DNA of 18,948 nucleotides from Clostridia bacterium (GCA_024404275.1 JAKSQG010000018.1:1-18948), one strand, 5' to 3'; positions 1 to 9,461 are shown, counted from the stretch's first letter. Notes: generated by a model from the sequence alone, not told the origin. Numbers and translations: made by a program.

Positions 1-169
1 CAGGATCTACGTCCAAGGAAAAAAGAGCAAGGGGGTTTCGCCGCCCGCCGCGATGGGCCAAAAAAGGGGGCGTTTTTGAGTGAAAATGCGGTGGTAACGG
101 GCCGGGGGCGGGGGCCAAAACGGCCCGGGGGCGGAGCTGAAAAATGATGGGATCGGGGCATGCTTTTTG

Positions 170-212
170 ATAAAAACCGCCGGGAGGATCGGTATCCGAT
201 GTCCCGGCGGGG
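170..212 (-). terminator. Rho-independent terminator downstream of the EAL-protein gene
   Basis: Minus strand reads CCGCCGGGA-c-ATCGG-ata-CCGAT-cc-TCCCGGCGG. That is 9 bp plus 5 bp of interrupted stem, followed by TTTTTAT. The stem starts about 19 nt after the TAA at 230-232. Confidence 0.75.
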
Positions 213-229
213 AAAGGGTATGCTGTGCT

Positions 230-2779
230 TTAAGGGGCGGCGGATTTTTGCCGCTTGGCAAAGGCGTATACGATCAGGTCGTCCTCCTTGCTGTAGCGGA
301 TGGAATAGGTGGAAAACTCCACGGGCTACGGGGTGTCCTGCAGCCGGAAAACAATGGTCAGCACCTCGTGATAGATGGCCTTGTTGTACGCCTCACGCAG
401 GCGGTCCTTGTCAAAGAAGTGCAAAAAAGCCTGCCGGTCTTCTTCTGCCGGGATGCGGTTCTTTGCTGTCTGCTGTACGCTGTAGTCCAGCGTGGTGGAG
501 GGCAGGTCGGGCTGATACAGGGTGTTTTCGCCCGTGACGTACTGGATGCGGTTGCGGTCCAGTTCAATGCACATGGTCACATCCGCCTGTCTGCGCAGCA
601 CGTCAAAAAAGTGCAGGGTCTGCTCCCGCTGCCCGGTAATGTCCTCCACCTGCCCAAAGAAGAGCTTGCGGTTTTCATCGCCGTGCAGAAAATAAAACTG
701 CATCCGGAACCAGAAAATGCTGTCGTCGGACTTGATGAAGCGGATCTCGCACCGTCCGCCCTCGGCGGTGTTCTGTTCGGCGTGCCGCAGCGCCCCGTAC
801 AGCGCGGGGTGATCCTGCGGCACCACAAAGTTCTGGATATTGACGATGCGGTGATCCATCTGCGTATCGCCGATGGCGCTGCGGAAGGGCCCGTTGAAGC
901 GGGTGATGGTGATGTTGTCGCCCTCCAGGGAATAGTACGCCACCGCTCCCAGAATACGGTTCAGCGTGCTTTCGGTAAACATGTTTTCCCGCAAAAATTC
1001 CTGTGCGCGGAAAAAATCAGAGGTCGTCTTTTCCAGCCCGCCGTGGTCGATGCGGCTGTCCTCCATGAGCAGCTGCTCAAACGCGCCGATGGGCATGGGC
1101 TTGTGGAAATAATACCCCTGGGCATAGCGGCAGCCCAGATTTTTCAAAAACCGCAGCTGCTCCTCATTTTCGACGCCCTCCACGATGACGGGCAGCCCCA
1201 GCATTTTGCTCATGCCGAAGATGGATTCCACAATGCTGATGCCCTTTTTGCCAAGGCGCGTGTCCTTTTTGATAAACAGCATGTCCAGCTTGATCAGGTC
1301 CACATTGATCTTGTCCAGCAGGTTCAGGGAGGAATACCCCGCCCCGAAATCGTCCAGATACACGGTAAAGCCGCGCTTTTTCAGCTTTGTGACGGCGGCG
1401 GAGATGGCGTCATAGTTTTCCGCGTAGGCAGATTCCGTGATCTCCACCTTGAGGCAGGCGGGGGCGATGCGGTGCTGCCGCGTCAGGGCGTCCAGATATT
1501 CCGCCACATCCATGGAAAGCAGGTCGATCTGCGATACGTTGATCGATACGGGCAGGGGATCAAAGCCGCGGTCCATCAGGCTGCGGATCCATTGGCAGGC
1601 CTGATCCCAGATGGATTTGTCCAGCTCCGTGATAAAGCCGTCTGCCTCCAGAAAGGGGATAAAGCTGCCGGGGGCCATGACGGTGCCGTCGCTGCGTACC
1701 CATCGGGCGAGCGCCTCGACGCCCACGATCTTTCCGTCGCCGATGCGGCATTGGGGCTGCAGGTAAAAGGTGATCTGCTTTTCCTGAATGGCTTTTTGCA
1801 GATCCGTCAGAAACTGAAAATTTTTCCGCGTCTTTTCATATCGGGTGGAGTCAAAATAGCGGACGCGGTCGGTATAGTTTTTCTTGGCCTCCTCCAGCGG
1901 GAAGTGGGCGTTGTCGTAGATCTGCAGCCCGGGGGTTTCACCTTCTTTGAGAACATAGACGCCCAATGCCGGCAAAAAGCCCACCACATTGGCGTGGGTA
2001 AAGATCAGGCTGCGGATCGAACGGTATATTTCTTCAATCTTGTTTTGGTCATGGCGGAGGAAAACGGCAAAGTTATCCCGCCCGAAGTAAGCCGCCACCG
2101 CCCCCTCCGTGTCTTCCAGCGAGGACAGATAACTGCCGATGCGCGATAAAAGGTAGTCGCTCTTTTCGTGCCCGAACCAGGCGTTGAACACCGTAAAATG
2201 CTGAATATCCACGGCAACACAGCACCATTTTCCGGTGCCGCTGCCCTGAGCAGCCTTTTTTGTGAGGGTGAGGAAAAAGTCCTCCGGGTTCCGAAGCCCG
2301 GTCAGGGGGTCGCGGTCCTTTTTGTACAGGGTGCTGTGGGTTCGTCCCTCCAGACGGTCCATCTGATTCTGGATGTCATAGATGTAAAAATAGATTTTTC
2401 CCTTGGGCACGCCGTGCTCCTCGCCGGTGATGCCGATGTAGCGCACCCAACGGTAGGAGCCGTCCACCAGCTTGTGGCGGAATTGCGCCCGCAGCAGGTT
2501 GTCTTCGGCTTGGGCAAAGCGCTCCGCCATGGTATCCGGGTCCATCAGCTCGTCATAATTCCGGTCGGCGGGATGGATCAGGTTTTTGCTGCAATAGGCA
2601 AACATGTCCCGGAAACCGCCCGACATCACGGGCACGAGGTATTTGTTTTCAATATGATAAAGATTCCGGATGAAATCATTCTCCGGCTCGATCTCAAATT
2701 TTTCGTCAAACGCCGTCTGATCGAAAAATCCGGCATTGATATTCTCTTTTCCATACAAAATCGGACAGAAGGCATCCAT
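230..2779 (-). CDS. PAS / degenerate GGDEF (GRDNF) / EAL / PAS-PAS signalling protein, a likely c-di-GMP phosphodiesterase. Contains an in-frame TAG at 326-328; under the standard code the gene ends at 326.
   Basis: The ATG at 2779 is preceded by AAGGAG 7 nt upstream. EAL-domain motifs are intact: VEALARW, SINVS, EITES, DDFGAGYSSL, KLD, EGVENEEQ, QGYYF. The GGDEF signature is degenerate (FGRDNFAVFL). PAS-like segments lie N-terminal and, unusually, C-terminal of EAL. After the TAG the frame stays open for 32 codons (PVEFSTYSIRYSKEDDLIVYAFAKRQKSAAP) to the TAA at 230-232, just ahead of a terminator. Confidence 0.85.
326..328 (-). other. In-frame TAG codon, either a candidate sense codon or the conventional stop of the EAL protein
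   Basis: Context is ...IVFRLQDTP-TAG-PVEFSTYSIRY... The last PAS-like fold appears to lack its final beta strands if translation stops here. The open extension alone is not statistically compelling. Confidence 0.5.
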
Positions 2780-2884
2780 ATGACCGCTCCTTGATGATCG
2801 CGTTTTGCAGTCGCGGTTTTCGGCAAAGGGCCGTCTTGCAGCTTCAAACGCAGTCTATGGTTCTGTATACATCTTCTCTTTTTA

Positions 2885-2913
2885 ACCATAGCACTTTTTT
2901 TACCGTCTTTCAA
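2885..2913 (-). promoter_or_regulatory. Candidate sigma-70 promoter of the EAL-protein gene
   Basis: Minus strand has TTGAAA (2913-2908), a 17-nt spacer, then the TG-extended -10 gTGcTATGGT (TATGGT = 2890-2885). It lies between the upstream terminator and the ATG at 2779. Confidence 0.5.
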
Positions 2914-2916
2914 GCC

Positions 2917-2953
2917 AAAAAACAAAAAAGAAGCGGCTTTTTTCAGCCGCTTC
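2917..2953 (-). terminator. Rho-independent terminator of the TIM-barrel isomerase gene
   Basis: Minus strand reads GAAGCGGC-tgaaaaaa-GCCGCTTC, a perfect 8-bp stem, followed by TTTTTTGTTTTTT. It starts 17 nt after the TGA stop at 2970-2972. Confidence 0.85.
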
Positions 2954-2969
2954 GAGGAATACCGAATAT

Positions 2970-3890
2970 TCAGGGCAGGTACTGCGAAACGCACTTATAG
3001 GACAGGCGGAGCGAATCGAGGATCTTTTCCTTGGTGCCTTCAAAGGACTTGTCCTCCACCTCCACGCAGGCGGGACCGTCATAGCCGATATCGGTCAGCG
3101 CGGAGACGAATTTGCCCCAGTTCACATCGCCCAGACCCGGCAGCTTGGGGCTCATGTAGGAGAGGGGATAGGCCATGATGCCCACCTCGTTCAGGCGGTC
3201 GGGGTACAGCTTGATGTCCTTGAAGTGGATGTGGAACAGCTTGTCCTTGAACTCATAAATGGGCTTGATGTAGTCCATCATCTGCCACACAAAGTGGGAA
3301 GGATCAAAGTTCAGACCAAAGTTGTCATAGGGCAGCAGGGCAAAGATTTTGCGCCACAGGTCGGGCGTGGTCATGATGTTCTGTCCGCCCGGCCACTGAT
3401 CGGGACCAAAGAGCATGGGGCAGTTTTCAATGGCCACACGCACGCCCTTTTGTTTGGCATGCTCCAGAATGGGCGGCCAGATCTCGCTCACCAGCTGCAG
3501 GTTTTCTTCCACGTTCTTGTACTGGTCGCGGCCGATGAAGGTGGTGACCAGGTTGACGCCCAGCGCCGCGCTGGCGTCGATCACTTTCAGCAAATGCTTG
3601 ATGCTGGTCTCCCGCTTGTCGGGGTTGCTGTCCAGACAGTTGGAATAATAGGCAAGGGCGGAAATTTCCAGATTGTATTTGGCACAGACTTCGTGAATGT
3701 GCGCTGCCTGCGCGTCATCAAGCGTATCCACATTGATGTGGCTCACGCCGGCATAGCGGCGTTCGGCTTTGCCGACGGGCCAGCAGGCGACTTCCACACA
3801 GGTATAGCCCGCCTTGGCGGCGGCGGCAGCCATTTCATCAAAATTCCATCCGTCCAGAATGGCGCTGACGAGACCGAGTTTCATGGGCAT
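2970..3890 (-). CDS. Sugar phosphate isomerase/epimerase (xylose-isomerase-like TIM barrel, AP endonuclease 2 family)
   Basis: Uninterrupted 306-aa ORF with the family-typical layout: MKLG...AGY..VE, IENCP, FDPSH, HIHFKD, VEVED. TGA stop plus terminator. Weak AAGGGA ribosome-binding site. The third-codon ATG at 3884 is an alternative start. Confidence 0.85.
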   Translation of the reverse strand: MPMKLGLVSAILDGWNFDEMAAAAAKAGYTCVEVACWPVGKAERRYAGVSHINVDTLDDAQAAHIHEVCAKYNLEISALAYYSNCLDSNPDKRETSIKHLLKVIDASAALGVNLVTTFIGRDQYKNVEENLQLVSEIWPPILEHAKQKGVRVAIENCPMLFGPDQWPGGQNIMTTPDLWRKIFALLPYDNFGLNFDPSHFVWQMMDYIKPIYEFKDKLFHIHFKDIKLYPDRLNEVGIMAYPLSYMSPKLPGLGDVNWGKFVSALTDIGYDGPACVEVEDKSFEGTKEKILDSLRLSYKCVSQYLP

Positions 3891-3961
3891 GTCATCCCTT
3901 TCTTTATTTTGCTGTATAAAATATCCCGCAACAGGTCAGGCAGACCCGTTACTCTGTTTTC

Positions 3962-3990
3962 ATTATAGAGGAAGAGGAAAATGAAATCAA
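3962..3990 (-). promoter_or_regulatory. Candidate sigma-70 promoter for the isomerase gene (divergent intergenic region)
   Basis: Minus strand has TTGATT (3990-3985), a 17-nt spacer, then TATAAT (3967-3962). Confidence 0.5.
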
Positions 3991-4039
3991 GAACAAAAAC
4001 AGAAATAATCCTTTTGTATCGTTTTCCGTCCTTCTTTTC

Positions 4040-4068
4040 TTGTCTGCCAATCCACGGCATGGTATAAT
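4040..4068 (+). promoter_or_regulatory. Candidate sigma-70 promoter for the surface PI-PLC gene
   Basis: TTGTCT (4040-4045), a 17-nt spacer, then the TG-extended -10 TGgTATAAT (TATAAT = 4063-4068). It lies about 45 nt upstream of the ATG, and GGGAGG sits 9 nt before the start. Confidence 0.55.
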
Positions 4069-4112
4069 AAATCATCTTTGTCCATCAATGCCTTTCCGGG
4101 AGGTAGGTTGAA

Positions 4113-4193
4113 ATGATTCGCAGGGTACGCCGTTTTGTTCTGGGCACGCTGACACTTGTCTGTTTTTTGCTTTTGTCGCAGGCAGCTTTTGCC
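4113..4193 (+). other. Sec signal peptide of the surface protein
   Basis: MIRRVRRFVLGTLTLVCFLLLSQAAFA|FT has a basic n-region, a hydrophobic core and an AFA cleavage motif. Confidence 0.7.
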
Positions 4194-7100
4194 TTTACAC
4201 GGGAGGGCGGCTTTGACTCCACCTCGTGGATGCGCTATCTGCCGGACAGCATGCAGGTCTCCGAGATCAATATTCCCGGCACCCATGATACCGTGTCCAC
4301 CTTTATGCGCGCCATCTATGCCGATTTCGGTCAGTGTCAGGAATGGACGCTGCCCGAGCAGATGGACAACGGTCTCCGTTTCTTTGATATCCGTCTGGAA
4401 TCGGACGAAGATAATCACAAGGACTGGTTTCAGCGTCTGCTGCACCATCACGGCACGCATAACGGCTTCAATTGCTACAAGGAAAGCTCCAACAGCAATC
4501 TGATCCTCTTTTCGGACATACTGGGTTATGCAAAAAGCTTTTTGAAGGCCCATCCGACCGAGACGGTGATCTTCATGGTCGTGGCGGACCACAATTACAA
4601 TGATGTTCAGCCTGACCTGCTCCATATGCTGGACTACTGGCATTATGACCGTCCGGTCAGCGAGGAAGACCCCTATGGATACATCAAATGCTACAAGGTC
4701 GGGGAGCGTGTTCCCACCATGGGCGAGGCGCGCGGAAACCTGATCATCATTCTGGATGAAAACAACCATGATTACAGTCTCACCACCTATGAAATGGAGT
4801 ACAAATTAAAGTTTTTCGATATCAAAACGGCGCTTGTTCTCCAGGTGTTTGATACTGCGAACCAAAACGAATACCGCATCGATTATCTGGGACGGCGCGG
4901 TGCAAAATTCATCGAGGAGCCCTATAAAAACGTAATCTGGCATGAGGGCAACCCGTTCGTCAAGCACACCGGTACCAACATGAACTCCGTCTATGACTTC
5001 GGCTCGGCTTTTGACGGCTACAATCCGAAGGTATCGGCTTATGAGTTCAAGCGGTACTGGAATGCGTGGGGCGGCAATAACCACATAGAGAGCGGAAACC
5101 GCTATGGCTGGATCACCATGGACTTTCCCGACCGGGAAATGATCTACCACATTTGTCTGTCCAACTATGACTACGGCATGCTGCAGGAATTTGAGGGAAA
5201 GATCTACTTTGAACAAGGTGTTTCCCATTCCGACAGCGCTGTCTATTCGCTGCATGGCCGCGTGATCGATACCGGGGAGGAATTTGAGTTTTGTTCCGGT
5301 TACCTCCGGGACCTGCCTGTGATGACCGACGCCTCCGGCCGCTCCTACTATTCTTTGCAGAAGGATTCTGTCAACCGCTCGGACGCCTGGGAACACACCG
5401 CCTACAGCAATATCCTCTACTACATGGAGGTCTCGCACGCAAACGACGAGGTCGTGGCGGTGATCTCGCGTGAGAGGGAAGAGAAGCTGCCCATCTACAA
5501 CCGGATCAGTGAAAAACTGACCCTGACCGTAGAAGTGAAAAAACGGGGGGAAAACGGCTGCAGCAGGGATTATGAGCTGCGCTTTCTCAAAGATGATCCG
5601 GGCAAACGCCCCGGCAGCTTTGCCGATTTCCTCAAGGCGGTCACACCCGGGGGAATGACCTATCTTGTCACGGATTCCACCGGCAAAAGCGAAAGGCGTA
5701 CGGTGGACCTCGATCCCCGCTCTCCCGAACTTACTCTCAAGGAAGGGTGGTCGTTTGACCCCTCCGCCGATGTGTGGTATCTGACCCTGCATGACCTGCC
5801 GCATTATGATGAATACGGCGAAGAATACATCATTCATGATTTCAGCTGGTCCATTGCCGATTCGTCCTATGTTTGCGCCAGCGGCGAGGTCAGCGGTACC
5901 AATCAGGTCTACCTGTCAGCCCAGTGGATGCATCCTTACATTGAGCAGAGGAATGTGACCATTCGTGTGGACTGGTATGACAACAACAACCCGCAGCGAA
6001 AAAAACTGATCGAACGCATGCTGGAGTCGGAAGATGACCCGGATGGTCATTGGTACGTCAAGTACTCCTTTGTCCCCGTTGGCGGCAAGAAAGTGATCCG
6101 TGATACCTGGCCTTCATACTACAAAACGTTCGGGGAGAACATGAGTACCTTCCTGTTCAGTGTCCCATAGAAGTATTATGACAAGCAGCGGGATGTTGTA
6201 CGAGAATATACCGACCTGAAGGTCGATTTTGCCATTCCCCGGCTGTTTGAGGACCCGCAGTACGTTTGCATCCAGACCGGTGAGCTTTCCTATGATGTCT
6301 GTCTGGCAGCCAACATGGATTTCATTATCACCTGGGTGGGGGATGAAGACCGGGTGGATGAGCGGCCCAACAGCATCGTTGTCAAAATGGATCGATGGGG
6401 CGGCGAAACGCTGGTTGAAAAAGGCACAGGCAGCCAGAACACATGGGAGGTCCGCCATCTTCTGCCCATTTACCGGCCGGACTATGAGGCCGATAAAGTG
6501 CCGGACCTCATTACAGCGGATGTTGCCGGCTACACCGCCAGCGACGGCCATGCTGTGATCCGGCCTTACGGCGACATCAACATGTATTATGTTTACCTGA
6601 CGCTGACGGCCAAAACCGAAATGGATGTGTCCGGTCGGGTGACGTATGTGAACGGCGACCTGACTTCGACGGTCACGGCACCGCCGGAGGTGACCGTTTA
6701 CCGCCTCCGCGGCGACGAGGAGGGAATTCCCGCGGCGCAGGAGCCGGAAAAGGTGGAGCTGAAAAACAGCCGCATCGTCTGGGAGGACGGTTACACCGCG
6801 TATCGCTTTGAAAAGATCGACCCCGATCAGCCCGGCGACTTCCCCATCTATGATGCGGAAAACCACCGTTATGTCTACTGCATCGAGGCAGGCGACCTGA
6901 CGGGCTATATCGATAAAAAGGTCGAAGGCTTCAACATCACCTATACCCGCACGGTCAGCATCAGCGGACGCGTGGCGTGGAAGGACGAGAAGAATCCCTC
7001 CAACGCCCAGCCGATGATCCAGCTGCTGCGCGATGGGGAACCTGTGGGCAGCCCTGTTTCCGCCGAAAACTTCAATTACAGTTTCAACGATCTTCCCATT

Positions 7101-8366
7101 GCCGGGGAGGACGGCGCCTGCTACCGCTACAGCGTGTCCGCCACGCTGGACGGCTATGAGTGCTTCATTCAGTATCTGGAAGTGACCCGTGACGCCAACG
7201 GCTGCTTCACCGCCGACGCGGTCATCCTTCCCAAGGAATATCCGGTCGATGTGACCATTCCCCTGAAGCTGCAGCTGGAGGGCGTTGACCCGGCTTCCGA
7301 AACGGAAGTGTTCCAGTTCTCTCTGGTGTCCACCTCGCATGAGGGCTTCGGGCGGTATGTTGTGACGCTGGGACAGGGCAGCCATTACGAGGGCTCTGTC
7401 ACCGTGAAAAACATCCCCGAACTGGACACGCCTTATACCTTCCTGCTCAAACAGGATAATCTTGACCGCCATCGCAATTGGGTCTGTGACGATAAGCAGC
7501 AGGTGATCACGGTCACGCTGCGTTATCTCAACGGTCCCGCGCCCATCGCGGAAATCGATTGGGGCGGCGGCGATGCCGTCACGTTCACCAACGTTTTCCA
7601 CCCGGACGGGGCGGTGGTCGCGATTCCCGCCATCAAACAGATCGACAACCGGCTGAGCGGTATCGAGACGCCGGAAGCGCAAACCTTCCGCTTCAGGCTG
7701 AGCGCGGTGCATCCGGACGGAACCCGCGATCTGGTCAGCTATGCTTCCATTGACCGGGAAGGTCTCCTTCATTTCCCGCGCATCGCGCTGACGGAGGCAG
7801 GTCAATACACCTTTGCCGTCACCGAGCTGGGCGAATCCCCCGACGGCTGGAGCTATGATTCCGCGGATCATCGCATCGATGTTACGGTGACACGGGAAGG
7901 GGACCAGCTGAAGGCCATCGTGGGGGATGCTCCCGTGATCACCAACGTTTTCCTGACCCCGGTCGAGGATGTTCCGGTTTCCGTGGTGTGGCAGAACAAC
8001 AGCAAAAAGCCCTTGCCTGTGCCAAGCCGGGTTGGCATCACGCTTCTTGCCGATGAGCAGGAGTACCGGCGGGCCGAAGCGTCAGAGGACGGCGGATGGG
8101 TTTGCTGCTTTGAGAGCGTTCCTTTGTATCGTACAGTGACAAGGGATGCTTCCGGCATCATTCCTTACACACTGACAGCACAGGAGGTATAGGGGTTCAC
8201 ACAGCAGGTCACCGGTGATATCCGGCAGGGCTTTGTTGTCACCTATACCGCCCGTCGTCCTGTTCCCGATACAGGCGACCGTACAGCCCCTGCACTGCTG
8301 ACGGCGCTGCTGGGGGTGTCCGTCACGGCGCTCGTGCTGCTGCATCGACGTCGCCGCTCCGTGTGA
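4113..8366 (+). CDS. Cell-wall-anchored surface protein of about 1417 aa: signal peptide, PI-PLC X-type catalytic domain, multiple CnaB/pilin-isopeptide-type stalk domains, and a VPDTG sorting signal. Contains in-frame TAGs at 6168-6170 and 8190-8192.
   Basis: ORFs 4113..6170 and 6315..8192 are in the same frame, and 6171-6314 has no stop in that frame. The frame also continues from 8193 to the TGA at 8364-8366. PI-PLC motifs are WMRYLPD..INIPGTHDT, FFDIRLE and LLHHHG. CnaB-like repeats include IRVDWYDNNNPQRKK, IITWVGDEDRVDERPNSIVVKM, ISGRVAWKDEKNPSNAQPMIQLL and VSVVWQNNSKKPLPVPSRVGITLL. The tail is PVPDTGD, then a hydrophobic stretch, then HRRRRSV. Confidence 0.85.
4206..5150 (+). other. Phosphatidylinositol-specific phospholipase C (PI-PLC X) catalytic domain
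   Basis: Collinear with Bacillus/Listeria-type PI-PLC: SWMRYLPD...IPGTHDT (catalytic His), FFDIR (Arg), LHHHG (second His), HPTETVIFMV, GEARGNLIII, YGWITMDFP. Confidence 0.8.
6168..6170 (+). other. In-frame TAG codon inside a CnaB-type domain (candidate sense codon)
   Basis: Context is ...MSTFLFSVP-TAG-KYYDKQRDVVREYTDLKV... This matches the CnaB pattern F..LPkYd....i.Yt..E running straight across the TAG. Confidence 0.8.
8190..8192 (+). other. In-frame TAG codon inside the last CnaB-type domain (candidate sense codon)
   Basis: Context is ...IIPYTLTAQEV-TAG-GFTQQVTGDIRQGFVVTYT... This matches the CnaB C-terminal pattern YtvtE..v.gYt....g...itNt. The sorting signal lies downstream of this TAG. 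Confidence 0.85.
8262..8363 (+). other. Sortase cell-wall sorting signal (LPXTG-like VPDTG, TM segment, basic tail)
   Basis: VPDTG (8262-8276), then DRTAPALLTALLGVSVTALVLL (hydrophobic), then HRRRRSV, then the TGA. Confidence 0.8.
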
Positions 8367-8439
8367 TCCTTTGCCTGCCGCAAATGAAAGAAGATCATCC
8401 GCTCCAACACCGCGGCTTGCCGCATGACAGGAGGAAACC

Positions 8440-9423
8440 ATGCCGACCATCAGGGATGTCGCTGCCGAAGCCGGGGTATCGACCGCAACGGTCTCCCGCG
8501 TGCTGAACACACCGGAAAAAGTATCCCGCAAAACGGTGAATAAGGTCAACGAAGCCGCGGAAAAGCTGGGGTACTCTTTGGTGACCAACCGCAGCGCCCA
8601 GTACGGCGCCGGCACACAGCGCATCCTGGTGGTGCTGCCCGATTTCCGCAACAGCTTCATGAGCGATGTGATCAGCGGCCTCAACGATACCGCGCTGAAG
8701 AACGATTATACCCTGATGGTGGCGGCGACCAACTCCATGGTGGAGCGCGAAAGGGAGATCATGCGCATCCTGCACAACCGTCAGGCGGACGGTGTGATCT
8801 TTTTGTCCTCCGTCCTGCCCGCGGAGGAGATACAAAGCATCGCCGAGCGGTTTCCCGCCGTGCAGTGCTGCGAATATGCGGACACGGCGGAGACCATCCA
8901 CGTCTCGGTGGATAATTACGCGGTGGGTCAGCAGGCGACCGAATACCTGCTGCAGCGGGGCTATGGGGATATTGTCATGCTGTCCTCCGCCAACCGTTTC
9001 ATTTCCACCCGCCTGCGCGAAAAGGCTTTTACCGACGCCCTGAAGGCGGCGGGTGAATCCGTGCGGGAAAAGCCCATCTACCGCGCCAGTTATTCCTTTG
9101 AGAGCGGCTTTATCGGTATGCAGAGCTTTTTGCAGGGCGAAAGGATGCCCCGTGCTGTGTTTGCCATTTCGGATAATGTGGCCGCGGGGGCCATCCGCGC
9201 CATCCAGAGCCGGGGGCTGAGCGTTCCCGGCGATATCGCCGTCATCGGCGTGGATAACATCAAGCTTTGTACGCAGCTGACGCCGCAGATCACCACCGTG
9301 GCGCAGCCGCGGGAGCAGATCGGCTCCACCGCCATGCAGCTGTTGCTGAACCGCATCGGCGGGGCGCACGGACAGAGCAGCATCTACCTTCCGCATGAAC
9401 TGATCGTGCGTGAATCCACATAA
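8440..9423 (+). CDS. LacI/GalR-family transcriptional regulator
   Basis: N-terminal HTH is MPTIRDVAAEAGVSTATVSRVLN, followed by a periplasmic-binding-protein-like sugar-binding core. AGGAGG lies 5 nt upstream of the ATG. TAA stop plus terminator. Confidence 0.9.
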   Translation: MPTIRDVAAEAGVSTATVSRVLNTPEKVSRKTVNKVNEAAEKLGYSLVTNRSAQYGAGTQRILVVLPDFRNSFMSDVISGLNDTALKNDYTLMVAATNSMVEREREIMRILHNRQADGVIFLSSVLPAEEIQSIAERFPAVQCCEYADTAETIHVSVDNYAVGQQATEYLLQRGYGDIVMLSSANRFISTRLREKAFTDALKAAGESVREKPIYRASYSFESGFIGMQSFLQGERMPRAVFAISDNVAAGAIRAIQSRGLSVPGDIAVIGVDNIKLCTQLTPQITTVAQPREQIGSTAMQLLLNRIGGAHGQSSIYLPHELIVREST

Positions 9424-9434
9424 AAATCAAAAAG

Positions 9435-9461
9435 GAAAGCGCGGGACGCTTTCTTTTTTTT
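9435..9461 (+). terminator. Rho-independent terminator after the LacI-family gene
   Basis: GAAAGCG-cggga-CGCTTTC, a 7-bp stem, followed by a T8 run. Confidence 0.8.

Noticed and set aside
1-169. The G/C-rich left edge could hold a gene, a tRNA or a structured RNA. It includes the Pro-rich ORF 7..261 (-) and the near-repeat GGCCGGGGGCGG / GGCCCGGGGGCGG at about 100-133.
   Set aside because: No frame gives a plausible protein. There is no T-loop (GGTTCGAATCC-like) or cloverleaf, so it is not the hoped-for CUA-anticodon tRNA. Only weak 5-bp pairings are present (GGGCC/GGCCC). I treat it as untranslated intergenic sequence.
3881-4075. A 64-aa ORF lies in the divergent intergenic region.
   Set aside because: It is AT-rich promoter DNA carrying two candidate promoters. 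The ORF has no ribosome-binding site, no motifs, and overlaps the start of the isomerase gene.
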